In this document: piece by piece, positions 6,955 to 15,600 of the stretch | Layout: the number at the start of each line of letters is the position of its first letter | Numbering within the stretch: the stretch's first letter is position 1 | Virus record (IMG/VR): IMGVR_UViG_3300017774_004763 | Coordinates: 1-26,135 of that record | From: a virus | Taxonomy: Duplodnaviria > Caudoviricetes | DNA: 26,135 nucleotides | Reading direction: 5' to 3' (one strand) | Program-made: the position numbers and the translations under genes | Notes under the pieces: generated by a model | What the model saw: the letters and a program-made list of their open reading frames with translations, nothing else | Database searches by the model: none | Told to the model about the DNA's origin: nothing

Positions 6955-8049
6955 ATGAGCGATAAACCAAAAGTTTTCCCAACGGCAGAACAAATTGCTG
7001 CTGCAAATCAAACTGGTGCAGAAATTGCACAAGAACAAGAACAAACAATAACATCTGGTCAAGTTTCAGGAGGTGAAGCTTCAGCTGCTGCTGAAATGGC
7101 TAGAAGAACTCAAGAACAATTGAGATTAAGAGAAGAAGCGCTAAGAAATTCTGAAAAGTTAAAAGAAGAAGAATTAATTAACCAAGATGTTGCTGGAGCT
7201 GCATTAAATCCTAAAACAGTTGTTCAACCACATGTAATGAAAAGTCCTATGGAAAATTTAAAAAAAGAAGTAAGGGTTGATAATAGCTTAGCTATTTCAG
7301 AATTGAGTCAACCTCAAATGAATCAACCTTATGATATAATCCCTTTACCAAGTGAAGGTAAATTATATAAAAATAAAAAAAGTAGAGTTAAAGTATCTTT
7401 TTTAACTGCCGCTGATGAGAATATTTTAACATCACCAAATTTATTAGAAAGTGGTGATTTCTTAGAGATATTACTAAGTAGAAAAGTATTAGAGCCAGAA
7501 TTGAGATATAAAGATTTATTACCTGGTGATAGAGATGCTATTATGATTTGGCTTAGAGCTACTGGTTATGGTGAAATGTATCCAGTAACAATTTTAGATG
7601 AAAATGATAAACCATTTGATACTGAAGTTGATTTAACTAAATTAAAAGTTAAACAATTACCAGTTGAACCAGATGCTGATGGTTTATTTTCATTTACGTT
7701 ACCAGTTTCAAAATCAACTGTTAAATTTAAATTATTAACAATTGGTGAGATTGATGAGCTTGAAAAATTAGCACAGTTTTTAAAAGAAGAAAATAATTTA
7801 ATTAATACTGAAGCAACATTATTACTTGAATCTCAAATTGTTGATATTGATGGTATTAGAGAAAAAAGTTATATTTCTGATTTTATCGAAAATATGAGAA
7901 TAATGGATAGTAAAAAATTAAAAGCGTATATGGCTGATATAAATTGTGGAATTGATATGAACATTACGTTCGGGACTCCAGGGGGAGGGTCCGTTACTCG
8001 ATTTCTTCCCTTTACACTCAAGTTTTTTTGGCCTGACTTTGAGCTATAA
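6955..8049 (+). CDS. tail assembly chaperone / baseplate hub assembly protein (T4 gp26-like)
   Basis: IPLPSEGKLY, FLTAADENILTSPNLL, LLPGDRDAIMIWLRATGYGEMY, EVDLTKL, FSFTLPVSKSTVKFKLLT, terminal FFWP; lies between tube and tape measure; Q/E/A-rich N-terminal extension of about 120 aa. Confidence 0.75.
   Translation: MSDKPKVFPTAEQIAAANQTGAEIAQEQEQTITSGQVSGGEASAAAEMARRTQEQLRLREEALRNSEKLKEEELINQDVAGAALNPKTVVQPHVMKSPMENLKKEVRVDNSLAISELSQPQMNQPYDIIPLPSEGKLYKNKKSRVKVSFLTAADENILTSPNLLESGDFLEILLSRKVLEPELRYKDLLPGDRDAIMIWLRATGYGEMYPVTILDENDKPFDTEVDLTKLKVKQLPVEPDADGLFSFTLPVSKSTVKFKLLTIGEIDELEKLAQFLKEENNLINTEATLLLESQIVDIDGIREKSYISDFIENMRIMDSKKLKAYMADINCGIDMNITFGTPGGGSVTRFLPFTLKFFWPDFEL
8023..8029 (+). 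other. candidate programmed ribosomal frameshift site (AAG TTT TTT TGG; T7 run)
   Basis: A +1 (or -2) slip joins 6955..8049 to the overlapping ORF, whose frame reads SFFGLTLSYKTYLLEE through the T-run and has no ATG upstream of the overlap. Confidence 0.55.
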
Positions 8050-8305
8050 AACTTATCTGTTAGAAGAAATTTATTATTGTGTAAAACATATAGGGTTCAC
8101 TTACAGTGATGTTATGAATATGTCAGTATATGAAAGAAGACAATATTTATCACATTTACTTAATGAAAATCAGAAAAAAACTGAAGCAATAGAAGAACAA
8201 AAAGAAGCTATAAATAATAAAGGTGCCAAAGGTAGTAGAACAACTAGAGTAACTGGTGACCAATTAAAAGCTAAAATGAAATCAGGAGAAATACCCAACG
8301 AATAA
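8039..8305 (+). CDS. small tail/baseplate assembly protein (gpT- or T4 gp51-like), probably the frameshifted C-terminal extension of the upstream gene
   Basis: LLEEIYYCVKHIGFTYSDVMNMSVYERRQYLSHL pattern typical of the second chaperone ORF; only a TTG start, overlapping the previous gene by 11 nt. Confidence 0.7.
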   Translation: MSYKTYLLEEIYYCVKHIGFTYSDVMNMSVYERRQYLSHLLNENQKKTEAIEEQKEAINNKGAKGSRTTRVTGDQLKAKMKSGEIPNE

Positions 8306-8322
8306 ATAAGTTGGGTATTTTT
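8289..8322 (+). terminator. intrinsic terminator overlapping the stop codon
   Basis: 11-bp perfect stem AAATACCCAAC / GTTGGGTATTT with 10-nt loop, followed by T-rich tract. Confidence 0.7.
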
Positions 8323-8333
8323 CTTTGGTTCAG

Positions 8334-8341
8334 ATATTTAT
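8334..8341 (+). promoter_or_regulatory. putative late-promoter motif ATATTTAT
   Basis: Just after the terminator, 21 nt upstream of ATG 8363. Confidence 0.55.
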
Positions 8342-8362
8342 TAATAGTAACTATTTTTAATA

Positions 8363-9769
8363 ATGAAGATAATAATTAATGAATGGCGATTTTTGATATC
8401 TGAAGGTCTTATAACTGAAGAAAAATATCAAGATGCTATAAAGAAACTTAAGGCGGGTGATAAATTAGAATATACTGATGATAAGGGTGGTAAGCTTACA
8501 TTTGAAGTAATATTTAATGATAGTGGTCAAGTATATTTAAAAAACCTAGATAGTGGTGTTTATAAAAATAATTATTTTTTTATAACAGTTTCTGATTTAT
8601 CAAAAAATGATTTAACATTTAAAACAATTAATGTTCCTAAAAATTTACCAGATAATTTAAAAAATGAGAAAAAAGATTCTATTAAATTAGCTGAAATATT
8701 AAAAACATTCCCAACTAGCTCTTGGAAAAAATCAACATTTAAAAATATTTCAAAACTTAGTATGGCTGGTGATGATATTGATATTGAAAAACCAGATGCT
8801 GAAGATGAAAAATTTAAAGATTATGTAAAAGTAAATGATATTAACCCATTTTTAGATGAATTAAAAGGTTTAAAAACTGGTAATGTATATAGATTAACAT
8901 TATCAAATGGTGGTATAATAGATTTAAATTTAATTGATAACAAAAACGATAGTTTATTCTTTGAATATTCTGACGCTAAAGGTCCAGCAAAAGCATATGA
9001 TGAGTTAATTAATGCTGAATTAATGCTTGATGTTAATTCAAATTCAGTTCAACAAATGGTATCATCACTTACTGATGAAGAAAATGTTGAATCGGTTTAT
9101 AATATAACATTCAAAAAAATTATTTCTGTTCAAGGTGATGATAATAATAGAGCTTATAAAAAAATATTAATAAAAAACATTATTGATATTGATTTGGTTT
9201 CATCATCTAATAAAAAAGAAGATAAGAAAGAGGAACCTACTGATGAACCACATATTGAGGATATGTCTGATGAGGAAATAGATGATATGACACCTGAAGA
9301 TATAACTAGTATGGTTTTAAGTAATCCAACATTTAAAGCGGCGTTCTTATCTAAACCAGGTTTTTGGAAAAAACTTGTTGGTGGTAAACCAAAAGGTATA
9401 TTGGCCGCTAAAGATATATTAAAGAAATTTAATTTCTACGATAATGCTCGTGGAGATAAAAAAGAAAAAGACTTGGTTGTTGATTTTTTCAAAAATAATG
9501 AAGAATATTTTATACAGTTACTTGATAAAACATTTACTAGAGATGATATAACTTTAGATATTACTAAAAAATACAAAGTTAAAGCTAAAAAAAGAACAAA
9601 TGTAAATGGGGGTATTACAGTTTTCCTTTATGGGAGTGGATTTATGTTTAAAATAAACACAATTTATGGTGATACTAGAAATGAGTTTAGAGCAACTTTA
9701 ATAATAGATTATAACACTGAAGATGAATATCGTGAGAATAGAACGATAAGAGTTACTGACGCTTACTAA
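8363..9769 (+). CDS. hypothetical protein with internal domain duplication, possible virion protein
   Basis: 468 aa; N-terminus MKIIINE..LISE..ITE; repeated LKxGxxxxxTxxxGG module; acidic linker; 2 nt from the tape-measure start. Confidence 0.75.
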   Translation: MKIIINEWRFLISEGLITEEKYQDAIKKLKAGDKLEYTDDKGGKLTFEVIFNDSGQVYLKNLDSGVYKNNYFFITVSDLSKNDLTFKTINVPKNLPDNLKNEKKDSIKLAEILKTFPTSSWKKSTFKNISKLSMAGDDIDIEKPDAEDEKFKDYVKVNDINPFLDELKGLKTGNVYRLTLSNGGIIDLNLIDNKNDSLFFEYSDAKGPAKAYDELINAELMLDVNSNSVQQMVSSLTDEENVESVYNITFKKIISVQGDDNNRAYKKILIKNIIDIDLVSSSNKKEDKKEEPTDEPHIEDMSDEEIDDMTPEDITSMVLSNPTFKAAFLSKPGFWKKLVGGKPKGILAAKDILKKFNFYDNARGDKKEKDLVVDFFKNNEEYFIQLLDKTFTRDDITLDITKKYKVKAKKRTNVNGGITVFLYGSGFMFKINTIYGDTRNEFRATLIIDYNTEDEYRENRTIRVTDAY

Positions 9770-9771
9770 TT

Positions 9772-12381
9772 ATGGCAAAATACGAATTTGATAAGGAAAA
9801 GTTTGAAGAATGGAAAAGGCTTCAAAAAGAATCTGCTGAACTTCAGGAAAAGATGAACAGTAGTATTGGTGGCTATTTAGAATCTGTTAAAAAAATTAAG
9901 GAATTACAAAAAAATATTCAATTTATTGAGCAAAAAGTTGCTCAATTAAAAGAAGAACAAGTTAAAGCTGAACAAGATTTATTAAAAAATACTGAAAAAC
10001 TTAAGAAAGCAATTGCTGATGGTGATGCTGATGAAATTAAAGCTCTTAAAGAAAAACAAAAAGAGTTAAAGAAAATATTAGCCGCAAAAAAACTAAGTGT
10101 TGATTTAACTGAAAAAGAATTAGGTTTACTTCAAAGACAAAATGAAGCTCTAGTTGAATCAGCTAAACAAGCCAATTTAATGAGTGCTGCTTTAGGTTCA
10201 ACTGTTGGGTTCTTAGCTAAAACACCTAAATTAATTTCTAAAGGTTTCGGTATGCTTAAGGCTACTGGTGTATTTGAAATGGACAAAGAAATCCGTAATG
10301 CTGTTCGTAGCATGGCTGGTGGTGAAAAACAATTTAATTCTGTAAATAAAAGCATACAGAATGCCGCAGAGACTACAACAATGTGGGGTGTTGGTGTTAA
10401 AGATTTAGCAATAATGCAACGTGGTTATAGTGAAGCTATTGGTAGGTCAGTATTGCTGACTGAAGATGGTTATAAAGCTATGGCTCGTATGGCTGAAGGT
10501 ACTGGGTTAGGTAAAGAGTTTGCTGTTGAAATGGCTAGTGGAATGGATAAATTTAACATTTCAGCTGAAAAATCGGGTACTATTGTTGAAAATACAATGA
10601 ATAAAGCTGCTAAAATGGGCGTAAATGGTGCCGCAGCTATCAAATCATTTCAAAATAATTTAAAATTAGCACAAAGATTTAATTTTAAAGGTGGTATTGC
10701 TGGGTTGGCTAAGTTTTCAGTTGAGGCTACTAAGCTTAGATTAGACATGGAGGGTATTGCTGGTATGGCTGAAAAGGTTTTCAGACCAGAAGGTGCTATT
10801 GAAATGGCTGCTCAACTAACAACAATGGGTGGTAAATTTGCTGCATTGGGTGACCCAATGCAATTAATGTTTCAAGCTAGAAATGACCCAGAGAAATTTG
10901 CTAAAAATATTGGTAAAGCTTCTGCTGAATTTGGAACGTTTAATGAAAAAACTGGTGAATTTTCACTTAATGGTGGTCTTGCTCTTGATAGAATGCGTGA
11001 ATTATCTACAATTACTGGTTTATCAGTTGAAAAACTACAAGAAATGGCTGAAGCTCAAGCTAGAGTTGAATCAGTTAAGACTAAACTTAAAACTGGTATG
11101 TTTAGTGAAGAAGATACTGATTTAATTTCTAGTATGGCTAAATTTGATGAAAAAAAAGGTGGTTGGGTTATTAATATTGATGGTCAAGATAAGTTATTGA
11201 AAGACTTGAGACAAACCGATATGGATATGATTGAAGGTCAGAAAAAAACACTAGATGAAAGAGCTGAAGCTGCTAGAACATTTGATGAAACATTACAAGA
11301 TTTAATTTTAATGTTTAAACAACAATTATTACCTTTTGCTCAAGAATTACAAAAAGGTTTAGGTGTTCCAATTCAAGATATGGTTAAAAAATGGAGTCAA
11401 GAAGGGTTCTTTAAAACATTGAGAGATTTTGTTAAAGGTGCCGCCGAAGTGGTTACAGTTTTAGGTAAATGGATTCTTAATCTTATGGACTTTTTAGGTC
11501 CAAAAGGTACTGTAATAGCTGGGTTAACATTGGCACTTGCTGGTAAAGCTGCTACTTGGATTTCAAATGGTTATTTATTAGCTAAAGGATTTATGATGGG
11601 TGGTGGTGGAATGGGTGGTGGTGGAATGGGTGGTGGTATGCCAGGTGGTGGCGGTGGTAAAGGTTTTGGTGTACCTGGTGGTCAAATAGGTCCAGCATTA
11701 CCAGGTGCAAAAATGAGTGGTATGCAAAAAATGTTAGGTGGTAATGTTGCTGGTGGTAAATTTGCTGCTGGTACAATGGGTTCAATGGGCCTTGGTTTAG
11801 GTTTAGGTATGCTTGGTACTGGTATGCAATACGGTAGAAGTCAAATGGACGACCCTGAAAGTACTAGTGGTAAAATGTTAGGTATTGGTGGTACAGCTGC
11901 GCAATATGCTGGTATGGGTGCGATGTTTGGTCCTTGGGGAGCGGCTATTGGTGGTTTAGTTGGTGCTGGTGTTGGTACTTACGATGAATATTATACTAAA
12001 GCTAAACAAAATATGGGTGGGTACGATTCAAGTAGTTCATTATATGAATCAAAAGATTCAATAATGTATCATCCACAAGATAAATTCTTAAAGGTTAATG
12101 ATGGTATTCAAATAGCTGGTACAAGTGTTAATGGTAATGCTAAATTAGCACAAGAATTATCTAAAAATAATTCATCTGCACCAGGTGAAATGACACATAA
12201 ATTTGAAGATTTAAAAATTACAATTGATGTTAATATACCTGGAAATGAAAAATTAGGTTCTCAATTGGCGAATGCCCCTGAGTTTATTAGAAGAATTAAT
12301 GAAGCTATAAATAAAGAAATTGCAATGGCCGCTGGCGGTGGTAAATTATCTGGAAGTGGTACCAAAAGGTCGGGTAAATAA
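9772..12381 (+). CDS. tail tape measure protein
   Basis: 869 aa, N-terminal coiled coil, Ala/Gly/Met-rich helical core, hydrophobic and glycine-zipper segments (GAMFGPWGAAIGGLVGAGVG); follows the chaperone pair and precedes baseplate genes. Confidence 0.85.
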   Translation: MAKYEFDKEKFEEWKRLQKESAELQEKMNSSIGGYLESVKKIKELQKNIQFIEQKVAQLKEEQVKAEQDLLKNTEKLKKAIADGDADEIKALKEKQKELKKILAAKKLSVDLTEKELGLLQRQNEALVESAKQANLMSAALGSTVGFLAKTPKLISKGFGMLKATGVFEMDKEIRNAVRSMAGGEKQFNSVNKSIQNAAETTTMWGVGVKDLAIMQRGYSEAIGRSVLLTEDGYKAMARMAEGTGLGKEFAVEMASGMDKFNISAEKSGTIVENTMNKAAKMGVNGAAAIKSFQNNLKLAQRFNFKGGIAGLAKFSVEATKLRLDMEGIAGMAEKVFRPEGAIEMAAQLTTMGGKFAALGDPMQLMFQARNDPEKFAKNIGKASAEFGTFNEKTGEFSLNGGLALDRMRELSTITGLSVEKLQEMAEAQARVESVKTKLKTGMFSEEDTDLISSMAKFDEKKGGWVINIDGQDKLLKDLRQTDMDMIEGQKKTLDERAEAARTFDETLQDLILMFKQQLLPFAQELQKGLGVPIQDMVKKWSQEGFFKTLRDFVKGAAEVVTVLGKWILNLMDFLGPKGTVIAGLTLALAGKAATWISNGYLLAKGFMMGGGGMGGGGMGGGMPGGGGGKGFGVPGGQIGPALPGAKMSGMQKMLGGNVAGGKFAAGTMGSMGLGLGLGMLGTGMQYGRSQMDDPESTSGKMLGIGGTAAQYAGMGAMFGPWGAAIGGLVGAGVGTYDEYYTKAKQNMGGYDSSSSLYESKDSIMYHPQDKFLKVNDGIQIAGTSVNGNAKLAQELSKNNSSAPGEMTHKFEDLKITIDVNIPGNEKLGSQLANAPEFIRRINEAINKEIAMAAGGGKLSGSGTKRSGK
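11596..11637 (+). repeat. 15-nt tandem repeat ATGGGTGGTGGTGGA (2.8 copies) encoding MGGGG
   Basis: Read directly within the tape-measure gene. Confidence 0.85.
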
Positions 12382-12410
12382 AATTTGTTAATTTTTTGTT
12401 AAAATTCATT

Positions 12411-12430
12411 TTTTTGTTGTCGAACAAAAA
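12411..12430. promoter_or_regulatory. inverted repeat TTTTTGTT-GTCG-AACAAAAA
   Basis: 8-bp arms; resembles the 2288-2310 palindrome (shared TTTTTGTTGT and AACAAAAA). Confidence 0.35.
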
Positions 12431-12439
12431 TAAATTTAC

Positions 12440-12576
12440 TATTATTTATATATAATAATTATAAAATTAATAATAATATATTAAATATAATATTATAATA
12501 TATTAATAATTAAATATAGTATAATAATAATATATTAATTAATATAATTATTAAATAATATATATTATTTAAAAAT
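12440..12576. other. 137-nt almost pure A/T non-coding tract with nested palindromes
   Basis: Only one G (12519) and no C; TAATATATTA at 12474, 12496 and 12528; perfect palindromes at 12531-12546 (16 bp) and 12551-12572 (22 bp). Confidence 0.8.
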
Positions 12577-12607
12577 CATTTATTTTTTCAAAATTTTAAG
12601 TAACATA

Positions 12608-12615
12608 GTATTTAT
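12608..12615 (+). promoter_or_regulatory. putative late-promoter motif GTATTTAT
   Basis: One-base variant, 18 nt upstream of ATG 12634. Confidence 0.5.
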
Positions 12616-12633
12616 ATATAAAGAATTAACACT

Positions 12634-15600
12634 ATGTCGAATTCAATAAATTCACTGTCACCAACATTTAGGGATTATTTATTATTAAAGAATTTAGTTA
12701 CCGATACGGTAGTTGATAATGGTTTACAATCATTATTAGGTAGTATTGGATATCCAGCACCTACTGAAACATTACCAAATGCGGTTCAACCGTCAAATAG
12801 TATAAACGATACTGGTACTATATATCAAGAATTAAATACAATTTTAAATACATATCAAGGTAATGATGATGATTATAATCAAGTTGAGATTATATTAAAT
12901 CAATCAACAAATAGTACAATAGGTAATCAAGGTCCATATGCTAACTCAAACGAATTATTAAATGGTCAATTTTTATCTAATGGTGTTTTAACAAATAGTA
13001 ATTCAATTAGACAAGGTTTAACAACCAAAAATGCATATGTTGATATACCAAAACAAAGTGTAATTAATTTAAATACCCAACCAGTACCAACTTTTCAAAA
13101 TTTAACTTCTTATATTGATGAAAATAATAATTTATCTATTGGTGGTCCTGGAAAACAAGCGGTTGATGTTTTAGCTGGTTTAGTAAGTGGTCAAGGTGTT
13201 GGTTTAAATGTTACCAATGGTAGTTTAATTGCTAATGAAGATATTAGGTCAACATTGTTAGGAAGAACATTAGGTGCTACTGGTGTTATAAATGACACTC
13301 CGTTAGGTAATATTGGTGGTCAACAATTGTTAACCCATATTGGTTATAATGCTTCATTTGGTTTACAACAAGAAACATTAGGTTCATTAAATTTAAACCC
13401 ATTAACATTACTTCAAGGTAAACCTTTAGTTAGTTTAAATTATAGTATTACAGTACCTAAAGGTAAAGTTGGTAAAATTCTTAATTTTGCTGCAAACGTA
13501 TTAGGTGCTCAATCACCAGTTAGTTTATTAGAACAATCTTCAAGTATTTTTACTTTTGGAAATAAATTAGAATATATTGGTCAAGGTAATATTGAGAGAG
13601 CTAATGAAATGTTAGCAAATTCTGGTATGGGACAAGTCCAATCACTTATGAACCACATGAGAGCCAATTTAATGATTTCAAATGACCCTCAAGGTACTTC
13701 TTTAAGACAAGGTTATGCACCAGGTTATAAAGATGGTAGAAAATCAAAAGGTGAAGAAACGGGTGATGGTACCAATTCAAATTTATATGCTAGAGCTGAT
13801 GGTAATGGTGGTATTATTGATTTTTTAAATGGAAAGGAAAATAGTCCAATAACATCTGGTAATTACGAAAGAAGTAAACAAATTAGTGATGATGGTTGGG
13901 ATAAGAGTTCTTTTAGAAAAACTGATTATAATTCACAAAAATATGGAGCGTTTTTATATAAAGATGCTTTTGGGTGGCAAGATTCTAAATTTAATAAAGA
14001 TAGTAAAACACTTGCTGGTACAAATGAAGGTGTTTCAACTAATTTATTTTTAGGTTTAAGTGATGATAAAAATAGATTTAAAACATTATTAAGTAAAACT
14101 GAAAGATTATTTAATAGTGGTAAAATGAGAACTTTAATAAGTGGTCATGGTATTAAAGAAGATGGAATAACTCAAATTAATTCATCAGTATCAAATGTGG
14201 GTAATTACACATCAAAAGGTAGTGGTGTCATGACAAGTAATGCAATTATTAATGGAACTGACGATGGTTCTGAAAATGTATTTTGTAGAACATGGACAAC
14301 ATATGATAGATACGCTCAAGTTGGTGACTTACAAAAAAACAGAGGATTACATGGTGGTAATAATAATATTTTTAGAAGAAATGGTGAATTTTCAGTTTTA
14401 GATGATAATGGTTTTGTTAAAATATCACCATTAAAAACATATAATGAATACGGTGATAGACAAGATGAAGTTAAAAAATACATGTTTTCAATTGAAAATT
14501 TAGCTTGGAATGATAATTTGGTTAATTTATTACCATGTGAAGTTGGACCTGGTGACTCATTAAGTGGGCACAAGGGTAGAATTATGTGGTTTCCACCATA
14601 TGATATTAATTTTAGTGAATCAACTTCAGCAAGTTGGGATAAACATAATTTTATCGGTAGAGGTGAACCAATGTATACTTACAACAATACTGAAAGAAGT
14701 GGTAACTTAAGTTGGAAAATAATTATTGACCACCCAAATTATTTAAATTTTATTGGTGGGGCTGAAGGTATTAATAATACCAATTTTGATGATTATGTTG
14801 CATCATTCTTTGCTGGTTGTATACCATTAGAAGAAACTAAAATAAAACAAATAATAACTGTTGAGGAACAAAATAAAACTGAAGTGGTAAATGCACAAGA
14901 AAAACCAGTTGAAAAATTAGAATATGGAGAACCACCACCATCATTTAATGTGTATTTTCCAAATGATGTTTATGATGTTGATAAGTATCCATTGTATGAA
15001 AATGGTTTACAAAACCCATTAACAGACCCAATTTTATATAAAGATAATGTAACTGGTGCTAATTTTGGATTATCAGCTTACACTGAAATGTGTTACCAAT
15101 TTAATGTAAATGGTAGAAAAACTTGGTCTTCAATCCAATGTTCTGAAACTGCTGGAGTTACTCAAGGTAGTGCTGGTAGATTAGAACCAGATAGAACTAA
15201 TTTTGGGTTAAATGCAACTGGTACAACAGCATCATATGCTGGAACTAAACTTGGTGATAAAAAATATCCAAGTTTTAGAGACCAACAATATGGTAAAGAT
15301 TTACAAAATTATTTATTAACAAAATGTAAAAATTGTAAAGTTGAAGTTGTTGGTTACGCTAGTACTGTTGGTACTTTTGGTGATAATAGAAATGATGAAT
15401 TATCTAAACTTAGAAGTGAAAGTGTTAAAGCTTGGTTAATTAAAAATATTATTACTGACCCACCATTTGTTGAAAGAGTATCAATTGTTGCTGAAGGTAA
15501 AGGAGCAACCGAAGGTGGTGGTGGTTCATGTCCATCACCTAATGTAATTGCTAGAAAGAAAAATTATTTAAAATCTAAAAATGATTTATATGGTTGTAAG

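Noticed and set aside
12440-12576. CRISPR array or iteron array in the AT tract
   Set aside because: No regular repeat-spacer periodicity; repeats are short, irregular and AT-only.
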